Of a DNA stretch of 64,000 nucleotides, positions 24,901 to 37,149 are shown one piece after another. A program made the position numbers and the translations under genes. The stretch comes from Chlorokybus atmophyticus. Taxonomy: Eukaryota; Plantae; Mesostigma and Chlorokybus algae. How positions within the stretch are numbered: position 1 is the first letter of the stretch; each line of letters starts with the position of its first letter. The stretch spans positions 772,011 through 836,010 of the forward strand of contig RHPI01001715.1 in NCBI GenBank assembly GCA_009103225.1, read 5' to 3'. A model generated the notes under the pieces. That model was not told the DNA's origin. It saw nothing but the letters and a program-made list of their open reading frames with translations, and ran no database searches.

Positions 24901-27690
24901 GACACGCATGTGCTCGTCCGCGCGATGTGGCTGCTGGAACAGCAGCTGTATATATGCATGCACAAGTCCATGCCTCCTAGCTGAATCCGCTGACACAATT
25001 GGAGCCTTGTTGTGTACAGGGGATGGACTACTACGACCAAGCGGACTGGCAAACTGAAGCGCAAACATGGTGCGTGGTGACCCTGGCGTAGCAACTTCTG
25101 TTGCGTTGGGGCCATCAAGGGCAATGGGTGGTTGCAGACCAGGTGTCAACAATGGCGCTGACGCAGCATCAGTAGTTGGATGTGTGTCAAGCTGTGACGA
25201 ACGAGTGTTACGCACCACACATTGTGTGCAACCCACATGCAGAGACTCTTTCAGTCACTAGCTCACCATTGAAGGAACTACACCACCGTCCATGCTTGCC
25301 ATGGAGGCTGGAGGTAGAAAGCCCGCTGCCTGCAAGCCACAGATATCACCAATGGAATACGCATGATGATGATGGGCTATGAGAGAACAGTTGCTGCTGC
25401 CATGCCTGGAAACTCTGTGCTGGTGGTGTTTGGCGCCCTTTGCTGCGAGACTTGGGGCCAACCAAAGATCGCGGACGAGCAGCGCAGACTGGCTCCAACC
25501 AGGCGGCAAGCTTTGCTCGCATGATTGGCAATGTTTTCTTGTATCGTCCCTGCATGACTTGATGAGCTATCTCCAATTTACTATTTTCATGAGTAAAATG
25601 CTTCAACTGATGTAAGTGCAGTGGCCCTGCGTACCTGCATCCAGTGTGACAGCTGACTCTGGCTAGTGCCAAGCTGCTTTGCAACCTGGGTTTGCTTCAA
25701 ACCGCAATCATTCAGGGCCTGTGCCGCAACAAGGGTGTGAGCAACATCGCACGGCAACAACTGCCTTCGCAAAGGTTACAGTACCTGCTTTGCAAGTGCA
25801 ATCAGTCGCACGGGTTCTAAAACAGCCAAAAGACGAGCAGGAGACTGGTCAAACTCTTGTCGACCGCTTGATCCCACATATACAACCTCCATTTTCTCCA
25901 TGCCACGGCCTTGAGGTGCAACAGACTGTCCCATCCCAGAAATAGGCGAAGCAAGACCATGTGTATCATCAGGCACAATGACCGCAGTTTCAATAGTAGC
26001 GCCTGGGATCTCTGCTGTGACTGCTTGAGCGTCACTACCATCTCGCAAGCTGCTCATGTCTGTGTTGCCTGCTGGGGACAAGTGCTGTGCAGCATTGGTA
26101 GGCACGGCACCTTCTGATGCAGGTGCTGCATAAAACCCATTCACAAGGTGATCACCGCGTGGGACAGCTTCAACTTCAGGCGCTGATTGCGTCATAGCAA
26201 CCGCTTGCGTATCCTGCATGACCCCTGGCAGCATGCTGCCAGTTTGCAACTCTGCTTGACTTAACCAGCTGGCCACGTCGTCTCGCTTGTTCAGGGAATC
26301 CCCTGCAGCTGATGCACCTTGCAAAGACTGCAACTTGACCCAATGCTTTCCACAGTACGACCGCAGCTCCAGCTGTTGAACAAGCAATATTTCAACAACG
26401 TGATTTGACAGGTAAGCATCAGCTACGAATGACACCATGTTTGCAAAAGTTCATGCTTTCTGAACCTCACATTTTCGCCTCGTGGACCGCTGACTACTTC
26501 CATGCGAACGCCAGCGCGCCGGGCACACGTTGCATGGTAGGAGACTGCACAATGGCCTGCAAGGGATGCGATTATGTCTATATAAGCACAGTAAGGACAT
26601 TTGGCACCAACTTGACCAAAAACAAACTGAGGACGTCGAACACTGCATACCATAGCAACATTGTATGCACGCTCCCTGGCGTTGACGACACAGCGTGCAG
26701 ACCAACTTCCATCGCTCCCTTGCCACAGCATGCAAGTTGTCCACTGGTTCCATTGCGTCTGTGTCCTCGATGTATGTTTCTGGAACCCACTGAGCACAGA
26801 AAAGATGCGCCCAGTGCACGTGTCCCCATGGGCTACCATCTGGGTTGTCAGCAGCCAGCGTCGTGGGCTTCAAAGCACCTCCTGGGACTGAGCAGAGCAC
26901 GCACTGGCAGGGCAATGGCGGGGGTCTGCGCTCACATCGTGCGCACAACCAAGGGCCAGAGGGGACAATGGAGATTCCATAGCACTGCTGGTGGACTGGC
27001 ACGTTGCAGCAGTCGCAGAAGACGATCAAATTGCCATCTTCAGACTCGAGCTCCCCGCATACATCACAAGCAGCGGTCATGGACTCCTGTGGAGAGATGA
27101 CGGAGGTAATTTGCTCCTCGGCGGCCCTTGCAGTCAGCACAGCAGTCCTCTTCAAAGCAGGGCTGCCTGCCATGGCTCTGCGCTTGGCAGAAGACGCCGA
27201 GCGCTGTGCCCCTGGATTGAAAGCTGCGTCTTCAGCTTCCCATTGCTGCCGGTAATGGCCTCCAAGAAATGGCAGTTTGAAGTCGGGGTCATCGATAATA
27301 TCATGTGAAGTGGCAAGCAGGGGCTGCAAATCCGCAGCCGTAACATCCCTGAAATAGTCCTCCATGTACTGCCAGAATCTGTTCTTATCAATCTGCACTC
27401 CGTCGCCAGCACCTCCATCGCCACTGACAACTCCTTGGATGGGCCGAGGCTCTTGTGGATCAAATCTAGACTTTGTCGGCACGTTGCGCTTGGCACCGCC
27501 AAGCATAACGCTGCATTTACAGCGCAATTGTCAGTGACCAGCAATGCAATGTATTGGCCACATATGCAATGCGCGTGGCTTGCCTGGGAGCAGGGGAGGA
27601 AGCTCGAGAAGGCAGTGCTGTGGGTAAAAGAGATGCAGATGGGTAATCCCACTCCGCCAACCCAGTTGGCAGTGGCAGAGTTGCAGCCAT
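21976..27690 (-). CDS. PHD-finger chromatin protein with two PHD + extended PHD (zf-HC5HC2H) modules and Ada3-like segments; likely ortholog of Arabidopsis AT1G77800
   Basis: PHD1 [37 protein letters not shown] plus e[50 protein letters not shown]2 [27 protein letters not shown] plus [40 protein letters not shown] and C-terminal [23 protein letters not shown] match the plant family as remembered. The start codon (27690) is inferred; upstream exons near 27.8 and 28.4 kb may be 5'UTR. Confidence 0.8.
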
Positions 27691-28876
27691 GGTGCTGTTG
27701 TTGACAACACCAGAAGAAACCAAAGTGCGCACCTGACGACACAGACAATGTAATCTCATTACCGATGTCATATAGATTTGCGAGGCATCACCCCAGGAGA
27801 ATCTGAAACAGCAGACAGCATTTGCAAGCTCCAGTTTCATTTACATCATGAAAATGTAAGCAAGTGACAAGGAATCAACACAGACACAGCTCAGATATAA
27901 TGAGTGCTCTACATGAACCTGTAGAAATGTCGAAAGTCAGGATTTAGATGTATGTATGTACATGGTTATTGTGTGGCAGCGTAATGCATTGTGTTGTACG
28001 CTGCATGCCCGCAACCCTTAAGAGCAGACGACATTTTTCTGGTGCTGACCTCACAGACATTACCTATCCGCGATGCTGAACACGTTCAAGAACAATGCAA
28101 GGAGAACCACCGATCACTAAGCGTTCCAACCTTGAATGTTGATTGCAACAATTTCTTGAGTGTTAAGCTAATCACTTGCAATCGTGCATGCTGTTGAAAA
28201 TGCAGAGTGTTGATGTGGACAGGCACGATTGCACACAACAAGCTATGTGAGCAACAGTCCTTCGACATGCATGCATGCCAGGACGATTGCCATTCCTATA
28301 CTTTGGCCCTCCCATGCATGTAGAGACCACCCAGACCCTCTTACTGACTGCAATATGGGATCAACATGCATACATGCGTACATGCTATCGTGGTAGGCGC
28401 TGGTCATGGAGGGAAAAGCCAGTGAATGCATGTACCTGCTGGAACACATCTTCTTGTCCCGAGGTCATGGACGTGGTCATGCGCCGCTATGCCTTTCGAA
28501 GTACAACCCTCCGAGCTGGCTGAACTCCTAGGACTGTGACTGACTCACACCCCAAACCAGAACCCCAAAACAGCCTCCAGCCAAGCCTACGTGCCTTCCA
28601 TGACGTCCGCTGGCGCAGGCCCCAACTACTCCCTCACTTCAAGCACAGCACTACCCTCCATGCAGCAAGCCATGCTTCACTCTTTGCTCAAATAGCAAAC
28701 CCTAAACAACGCCAGCCCTCAATATTTCCCAACACCGACGTTCGTACGCCTCGCCGGCGGCGTCAGTCACCCCTTCCGTCACGGCAGAGCGGCAGGCAGC
28801 ACCACAAGCACAGACAAGCGCATACTCCGCCGCCACCGCCGCCACCACCGCCGCCGCCGACCCAAGCTTTTCACCA

Positions 28877-28913
28877 AAACCCTAATTCCAAACCCTAACT
28901 TTCCGAACCCTAA
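28877..28913. promoter_or_regulatory. Three telo-box-like motifs (AAACCCTAA x2, GAACCCTAA) in a divergent promoter
   Basis: Motifs at 28877-28885, 28890-28898 and 28905-28913 lie between the 5' ends of the PHD gene (-) and the unknown gene (+). Confidence 0.6.
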
Positions 28914-29083
28914 ACGCAAGACAGAAGCCAATATGCGTTGCATTGAGCGACGGAGCAGTTAGCCAACGGTGACGAGCCCTTTACTCTGTAGGTGTCTACC
29001 CGCCAAATTTGGCAGGAGTGCTCCCTTGGTACTGTTGGGCGCTGCCAAGGGCGGCGGCAGCAGCGGCGGCGGCGGCGGCGGCA

Positions 29084-30819
29084 ATGGCAACGAGTGCATG
29101 CTCCGCTGGCACGGCGAGCAGCTCGGCATCGTCGCTGGAGCGCGTCTTTGACACGGCAGCCGCTGCTTCGCTCGCTCCCCACAAGGTTGGAGCTTGCTTT
29201 TCCCCCCCTCACCTGGGGCTTCACTTGCACAGCTGCCATTGAACATGAAGCATGCCAAAGTCGGTTTTCTCTATTTGTCTACCAAGTTGTTGGGTGCATC
29301 AGAAAGCAATGCCAGCGTCACTCGCTTAGCTTGCCGGTCGCTCGCTGGGTAGTACAGCGCAACTGTCAAGAAAGTATTAGCCATTGTCCCTCTTTTGGCC
29401 CATTGCCTGAGTGGCAACTACCTCTGTTGAGGTGACGATGAGTTGTTGTGTCAGACAATGCAGGCTGTGCGTGCGCGCACCCTTGAAGTCAACTTCAAGC
29501 CCAGCTGGGTGTCACATCGCCGTGCCGGATGCCGACGGTCGAGCCAGGACACGCGCGTGGTGAGCAGATCAGCGCTGGCCTCAGCAGGCGTGGCCACGGA
29601 GGGCGCGCAAGAGTACACCATGAAAGATCTTATTGAAGCTCATCAGTACTTGGACGCTGTTGAGCATGCATGCGAAGGGACGCCGCTTGGAACCTTCAGC
29701 CTGTCCAAGGCTTTTGCAAACACAGATCGGTTGATACCGGAGACGCTGGCTGTCAAGGTAGTTTAATCTCTTTGCTTGGCTGGTCGCCACAAATTGGCCT
29801 GCATATAAAAGCCACCGTTAGCAGCAGGCGACTCATCAGGCAGTTGCTTATTGAGAATGCCTGTATCAGGAGCTGCCATTAAACGATTTGGTGCTCACAA
29901 GCGGATACGCTCCACCTCGCATTGTTGCGGATGCACTCAGGATTCAAGGTAATGAGTCCGGCAAAAATCAGTGTGGGGTTATTGCCTGATGGGGTCCCAT
30001 GCTGCCGAGTTCTCAACATGTGGCCTGGTGCATGGGCAGCCAGCAGATTGTCCTCTCATGTTGAAACCACGCGTCTCATGGATGCCATGTACGCAGCTAT
30101 CCGCTGTTTTGAACGGCGCAACGCTGCCGCTCCACTGCGCACTGTGCAAGCCACATACGCCAAAAAGCCAGCAAAGACTGAGACCGAGAACAAGGTAACA
30201 ACAATGTGAGATCGTGCATATGCCAAATGCGTCCCTTCTTGCTTCTTGTTTGCACGACGTCATTATCCATCTGCATCCCAATTCTTTATTCCGTTGGCAC
30301 CTGACACCTTTGCCTTTACAGCTATGGTGGCTTGCCCATTGCCAAGCGGTACGCGACATTGGTGGCGGAGAGCAAAAGTTCATGGTTGATCAGATTTCAG
30401 AAACTTACTCTGGGCTTACGGTAAGTGTGTTGAGTAAGTGAGTGAGTCTGTTGCAAGTTGCTTCAACGCTCTGTTGATTTGTGTTGTACTTACCCAGCAC
30501 TTGTTCAGACGCTGACATCAGAGTATGCATCTGAAGACATGTACTTCCCTGAGACTGCGGAAGCAGGTATGCGCGCTTCATTGTGGTTGGGATATGATGC
30601 ATTCATGCACGCGTGGTCTCACCCAGAATTTGGCACAGCAAGCTCTCATTATAAGACTATCTACTTGGCGCAGTGACTATCTTGCACCATATGATCGTAA
30701 GCTAAGTGAGCTTGCTGTGCAGCATCTTACGAGTCGTGCTGGTGGGCAATGCAAGCAGCAGGCGGTCAGCTGTTCATGACATGGCCTTCGGTCACCTTCC
30801 AAGGTAAGGTGTACAGTGT

Positions 30820-30861
<42 letters not shown>

Positions 30862-31015
30862 AACAGCAGCTNNNNNNNNNNNNNNNNNNNNNNNNNNNNN
30901 NNNNNNNNNNNNNNNNNNNNNNNNNNNNNNNNNNNNNNNNNNNNNNNNNNNNNNNNNNNNNNNNNNNNNNNNNNNNNNNNNNNNNNNNNNNNNNNNNNNN
31001 NNNNNNNNNNNNNNN

Positions 31016-31052
<37 letters not shown>

Positions 31053-31482
31053 ATATATGTGTGTGTATATATATATATATATATGTGTGTGTGTATATAT
31101 GTGTGTATATATATATATATATATGTGTATATATATAGATATATATATATATATATATATGTGCGCGTGTTTTTGTTTGTCAAGCAGCATTTATGAGTGA
31201 GGTCGCCACAAGCAATGGTAGCTCAGTATCGTGCAGCACTTTAAGTTAACCCATCTGTGCTCTGCAGGCGAGGACATTGTGTTCCAATGGGCTATGTTTG
31301 CGCCATCCAGAAGTGGTCACCGAAGCCTGCTTAATGCCATGGGTTCCACAAAGTTCAGGCGATGCGGTGATGGCAGTGGTGTGTGGGAAAAGTCAGACAT
31401 CACTGCGCACTTTCTGGAGAATATCTATGACCAGTACCTTCGACACGGCATTGATCGGAAAACCAGCAAGGGTAGGCAGTAG
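29084..31482 (+). CDS. Unknown multi-exon protein; Ser/Ala-rich N-terminus (possible organelle transit peptide)
   Basis: GT-AG bounded in-frame exons from about 29084-29185, 29464-29757, 29870-29948, 30048-30193, 30321-30420, 30498-30568, 30675- and 31268-31482 (e.g. [29 protein letters not shown]; [30 protein letters not shown]). No family recognised. Confidence 0.65.
30819..31160. repeat. (TA)n/(TG)n microsatellite with internal gap, intronic
   Basis: Dinucleotide runs flanking N-gap 30872-31015. Confidence 0.95.
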
Positions 31483-31892
31483 TGCCAAACTGTCATGCGC
31501 TATGTATTATAGACAGGCAGGTTTGACTTGCCCGCTGGTGTATATATATACCCTTATTTATGTGTCGTTTGCCACCTGGCAAGGGTTCCGTGTCCCAATT
31601 CCGTCAGGTGTAGAGCTAGCATGCTAAATAAGTAGCATGCATGGTGTCAGGCAGGCACATGTGCTTTCTTGGCATCAACTGGTGCAATTGCTAGTGTTTG
31701 CGGCTTGCTGCCAATGCCGCGCTTGTAAAGAGACGCCATTGTGCTTGATGAGGTAAGCACATCTAGTTAGGTGTTGCTGGTGTTGACACCATGGCAGATA
31801 ACGGTGCTTCTCAACGTTCAGCAACATACAACTCACACATTGACCACTGCATATATTGTACACAACCATTGTGCTATGAACTGCTCTCCTTG

Positions 31893-32124
31893 ATGCAAGT
31901 CTTTATGTGCCTCCAGATGATGAGCCAGGGCTGCTGCCTCCGGCCGTTAAGACCACAATTCAGCCAGCTTGGTAACGCACAAACAACCGCTGCACTGAGG
32001 ACAACCATTGTGATAAAAACTGCTCGCCTTCATGCAAGTCTTTGTGCCTCCAGACGATGAGCCAGGGCTGCTGCCTCCAGCCGTTGAGACCACAATTCAG
32101 CCAGCTCGGTAACGCACAAACACC
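31893..32124. repeat. Diverged direct duplication of about 92 bp (31893-31985 and 32033-32124)
   Basis: Both copies read TGCAAGTCTTT..GTGCCTCCAGA(T/C)GATGAGCCAGGGCTGCTGCCTCC..GACCACAATTCAGCCAGCT(T/C)GGTAACGCACAAAC. Confidence 0.9.
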
Positions 32125-32917
32125 TGACCATTAGCAACCTCTTGGCTTAGACATTTCAGACCATAGTGTTATCTGCCTGTGGATTGCAAGTTCTACAACC
32201 ACTCTGGGCAGAGCACGATTTGGTGAGCCCATGTCATGTATGTTGTGTTGGTCACCATCACCGCGTGGCTTATACTCTACACAGCGCCACCGTTTCATTT
32301 GGTTCCAGGTGAGCACTGAACCGCACGGACTTGCACACTTTCTGCAGCAGTGCAACATGATGAGACACACAGCAGCGTCACGCTTGTAAGTCTTGACGCA
32401 CCAATAAATTGCATCTGACCTTAAGTGGACCGACGTTGCCGTGGAGACATGTGGTTATGACACAGACGCAGAAATCAAGATGGAAGCGTGACAGCGTCCC
32501 GTTGAACTGCACCAGATGTGTGGTAAAAGGTCGCATCAAGCCTGCAAATGTCACAATTGAGGCAATGTGTTAGCAGGTCAGCTACCACATGTTGCCAATG
32601 CACACGATAGTGAGCATCTCGTACAATACATGGGCGCTTCTTGCAAATTTGCGAGCGTTATCATTGCCAGTTGCCACACTGGCAAGGATTTGCTTGATTG
32701 AATCTGTGCGTGGAGAAATCGCTGGCACACCAGTAATGGCAGCATAGCCAGGCGTGTAGCGAACCACCACGCAGGGCAGGAACTAACAAAGATTGTAGCG
32801 CATTCAACAAGCCACTTGCAGCTACCGTACCTGTGCATGCCTGCTGGTAACAATACGTGTGTCGTGTTGCAGGCGATCAAGACAGTCTGCAGCTTCGGCT
32901 CTGGGCTGACACATCAA

Positions 32918-35181
32918 TTACACGCCATGTGCTTGAAACACCTGCAGTTGCTTCGGCTTGCATGTCCAGCTCGAGAAAGGTGAAGGAGGACTTAGCAGTT
33001 GACACCTGGCAGAACAGTAGTCCTTGGCTAGTTCCTTCAAAGCCAAGTAACTGGTTGGTAGATCTGCCTCCCGCAAGAAGTGGTGACAATTGGTTGCTCT
33101 CAAAGTTCCCACAACCTCAAAGAAGCGAGCCTGGTCAGAAAGACACACGCGGTTTGAATGGTATTGACAGAAAGGCAACAGCACTGCATAGTTTCAACAT
33201 GAGAAAGGGCAGCTGCTTGGCCGAAACAACCAATGCACTATGCACCTGCAGTGCTGCCTTGCAGAGCTTTGACCTTGTCTTGGCCGAGAGCAGTCCTCTG
33301 ACAGACGTACCGGCCTTGCGGCCTGTGATGGACACCAGCACCTCGTGTTCGCCAGCTGCATTCCATGCAATGGAAAACCCACAGGCAGTCCGCTCATCGC
33401 GTGCTGCCTCAGCAAGCATTCTTCTGGTCGTCTCTGGCAGTGACGGCGGAACAACACTGAGCACCGGACTAATCAGGCGCGTGTCTGGCTGTGCAGTAAC
33501 AAAGAAGGGGACTAGTCTTCCATGCACGGCACGCGATAGAGCAGAGATAAAGGTACAGTTCCAGTCCGCTCCAACCTTGATATTGATTGAAACTGTGTCA
33601 CTCGCAACAGTGAGACTGGTGATGTGTATGGGGTCTAGAAGCAGTGACAGCAGCGCGCCCTGCACGCCTAGGACGTTCCAGCGAGCTATCTTGTCACTGC
33701 AGCTCATTGACAATGTCGCATCCCCACGGCCTGGCTTGCGCCTTAACACTCCTGGCACCTGCAGCATGATGCAGTCTGTGCATTGGTAAATGTCAAAAAG
33801 TAAGATAAAACAAACCATGCAAGCAACAGCAACACGGCACGTAACTACCCTACAGCGGAGCGAATCGTCCATGCAGTATCACCATGCTCAAGAACAATGC
33901 TGCTGTGTGTGTCTCTAAGCAAGCACTGTTGGCATTTAGGTTTGCCTGTGTGCATTGTCATGATGCCCGTGTTGGCGTCTTGTATGTAGGGTGACAGGCA
34001 CACCAACACAGTCCATCATTGCTCATTAGGCAATACGAGCGGCAGTTACCTGTGCATCTCCGTAACATATGCTCTCCCCAACATCATCCATCAAGAGCTT
34101 AGCACCAGTTCTGCTGAACGCCACTATGCTATCCTCCCTACATGGTTGACAGAAGATGCAGGCGTCGCCACCTAAGGATAGCAAATAGACGTCACCAATG
34201 CACAGCCACAGCAATTGGGCGGTTGATGCTTGCTGAAGTGCGACCATACTGATCTGCACAGCCCTTGTTACCACCACGGCTGCCTCATGCACCACAAGTG
34301 CAGAGCTCAAAACAGTCATCACACTGGCATTGTCAACTGCAGCTGGTGCATGTAGGCGACGTCCAAATGACAACACACTCACAAGGCGGATGGCTAGTGA
34401 AGAGGTGGAGCTGAACATGCTCCTGAACTTGAAACTTGCCCGTTTCCAGATTCAAGCGCAGCAGGTGGCTAACTGACGTGCATGCTCTTTCCACCTGCAT
34501 GCACAACCAGGTATCCAGTGCCAAACGTGTTGGCATGTTCTAATAATCGTTGAACCAGCACAGTCTTGCGGGCTACTCTCATGACGTCGAAGAACAACAC
34601 AGCTGTTTTTGCAACAGAACCTCAGCGTACAGATAGCGTAGAAGTGCGCGGCGTGCAACGACTTCTGCGTGGCAATCGTTCACGACATCGCCCGCAGCGC
34701 TTAACTTGCTGGCTCCGAGACATTTCGTCCCAGTGCCCAGTGCAACCACCTGACGCACACAGAAACAAATTGCTCAAAACCTCACACATACTAACCACAA
34801 GCAGATCAGCTCACACTAGGAGCGCTTGTCCCTGTCCTGACTGACTTTCAAACATGCAAGTCAGGAAGTACTAAATTGCACGTTTCAACATCGCGCATTG
34901 CAAGTGTACTCACTGACTTGCCCGTTAACATCAAGCATGTAAGTCCCTGCATAAGGCACTGCCGGTATGCTTCAAATCACCTGCGGGTTACAGTCTGGCC
35001 CGGCTTGGGCCAGGGTGACTGCGAAAGCTGCGAGAACTGTGTACTCGTGCGGCTGCGGCTTCCCGGTCTTGGGCAGCTGGCGGTACTGCTCCACGGCCGC
35101 CTCCGCCACGGCATGACCAAGACGGGAGGAACAACCACTTCCCTCCGTGTCCTGCTCGTCACCGCTATCATCGCCAGCCAT
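32918..35181 (-). CDS. ADAT1: tRNA-specific adenosine deaminase 1 (A37 of tRNA-Ala; ADAR-type deaminase domain)
   Basis: [77 protein letters not shown] and SY..LK match remembered Arabidopsis TAD1 / human ADAT1 motifs. Confidence 0.92.
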
Positions 35182-35375
35182 AGAACAACCGCCGCCGCCG
35201 CCGCCGCGAAGATAGCGCCAAAGCTTGTGTCGCAACACAGGAATATTATTAGGAAAGCGCAGGGCTGAAGAACGCCGTGGGCACAGCGGCGGCGGAGGTG
35301 GTGGTGGAGGAGGCGCAGGAGGTGTGGGGAGGATTGGCAGGGACGGAGGGTGCTCGGTTTACAGGGTGGGGTGGC
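35182..35375. promoter_or_regulatory. Compact bidirectional promoter/5'UTR region between ADAT1 and SEC20
   Basis: Inferred start codons at 35181 (-) and 35376 (+) are only about 195 bp apart; the region carries GCC repeats. Confidence 0.6.
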
Positions 35376-37149
35376 ATGGAGGACCACGCGGAGAGGATCA
35401 GGCGCGTGGAGGAGCTGCTGGTGGAGGCGCGTCAGGCTTGTGAGGCAATCGCTTCCTCCTCTTCCTCCTCCGGGTCGGCAGTGGCGAGGCTAACCGCTGC
35501 GGTGCGAGACAAGGTGGCTGCCGTCAGGCGGGAGCTCCGGACAATGGAGCTGGAAGCGCAGCAGCAAGACATGTACGCTCTGCCAGCAGGTGCATAGGTT
35601 ATATGCCTATCCTCGCTGACTGTTCCACCCAAAATCCGTTGGCCCAGCTCAAACACTTGAACTCTCAATCCGTTGTGAGAAAGCCATACCAATTGCATTT
35701 TCTTACAAGCCTCTCTGTTGGTTGTCGACAACTACAGAATAGGCAGGTTCAGTCCATGTCCATTGGAAGCTGTATATTGTAACCACACAGTGCGCACTGT
35801 GTGATTGCAATATATTATAGTAATCGATGTATGCTGATGTCTCTGTAGCTACGACATTCGCAACAATGTGCTTCTGCCCGTATTGATGTTTAGCCACACC
35901 TGTTTGTGCAGGGAGAGCGATCGAGATGCCATGCTTGTTGACTGGAAGTCATTCACAGGAGCCCTTGACACGTAAGCCTTCCACATCTGTTAGCCAAAAC
36001 CATGACGGTGACTGTGTGCTTGATTGTGATTGTGAAACAACCAATTGCAGGCTACGTGTACAGCTTAGGAACAGCAATCTGCAAGCAATGGTGAACAGTG
36101 AGAAGGAGCTACAGCGACAGGTATAGCCTTGCGTGATTACTGACGTTGCTTGGAACAAGAGTACAGTATGCGCTCTCCATAACTGGAACATTACCCAACT
36201 GACGTCTATGCGATCGTAGCGAAACGATTTGTTGGCGGGCGCCTCGGACACGCTGCGTGTCCGCAAAGCCCAGTAAGCAAACCTGAAGTGCAGTGATTTG
36301 CTATGGGGCAATGTGCATTGTCACGCATGTGACTGCAACTTGAAAGCGTGTTTGTCACTTTGTTGCTGTTGTGGTTGTTGGTGGTGGTGGTCCATGTAGT
36401 ATGGACATATGGGTACTGAAGGTCCGTGATGGTACCAACAAATGCAACCGCAGGACACAAGCAGAACAGCTAGAGACTGCGGAGGACATCACCCAAAGCT
36501 TGCGGCGAACTCGACAGCTTATGGTGCAGGTAGTGCAGTTGTACATGACACAATGTGGTGCCCGTTTAAGACTTTCACATGCTAGGTGTTGCTCAACGTG
36601 TTAGGGTATTGGTGCTTCGTCACACTTTTATGATTTTATGCTTCCAGGAGCTGGAGCATGGCACGCAACAAATTTCTGCGCTGGGTAGGTGTTCTGTGTA
36701 CATGGCTAGCAAATATCTTCAGTCGCTGGTTACAGCACCTGCTAACAATTGTCAAGCTTGTTACATGAGCAGCAAGCTGGGTTGGCTGTGGCGCAGGTGA
36801 CTCCAACACCAGGCTGCTAAGAACAAAGGATGAGTACAAGTCTCAACAGGGTTTGTATGGAGCGTCAAGGCGATTGTTGACAACATTGCAGCAACAGGGC
36901 GTCATTGACAGGTGCGCTAGCATTGGCATGGTGGCCCATGCAGTCATCACCGTGTGTTTGCAGTATCACCCGGTATGTACAAGCCACACAATCTGCAAGT
37001 CTAGTCACTCTCTGTTGCAAATGTTGCCAATTGCATGCAGGATTGTTCTGGTGGGTGGCTTCTTCCTGTTTATGCTTGTAGCCGTGTACATCTTCCAGAA
37101 ACGGGTCTTGAAGAGAAGGTACAGAGTGACTGATCCTGTGGAAGTGTAA
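35376..37149 (+). CDS. SEC20: ER Qb-SNARE Sec20 (BNIP1 homolog)
   Basis: Exons give RLRVQLRNSNLQA, RNDLLAG, AEDITQSLRRTRQLMVQELE, RRLLTTLQQQGVIDRIVLVGGFFLFMLVAVYIFQKR (C-terminal TM anchor), collinear with plant Sec20. The 3' end is uncertain. Confidence 0.9.

Noticed and set aside
28877-28913. Interstitial telomere
   Set aside because: Only three spaced units; better explained as promoter telo-boxes.
30677-31196. IY/TH-repeat ORFs
   Set aside because: Translations of an intronic TA/TG microsatellite.
32857-33789. 310-aa plus-strand ORF
   Set aside because: Antisense shadow of ADAT1 coding exons.
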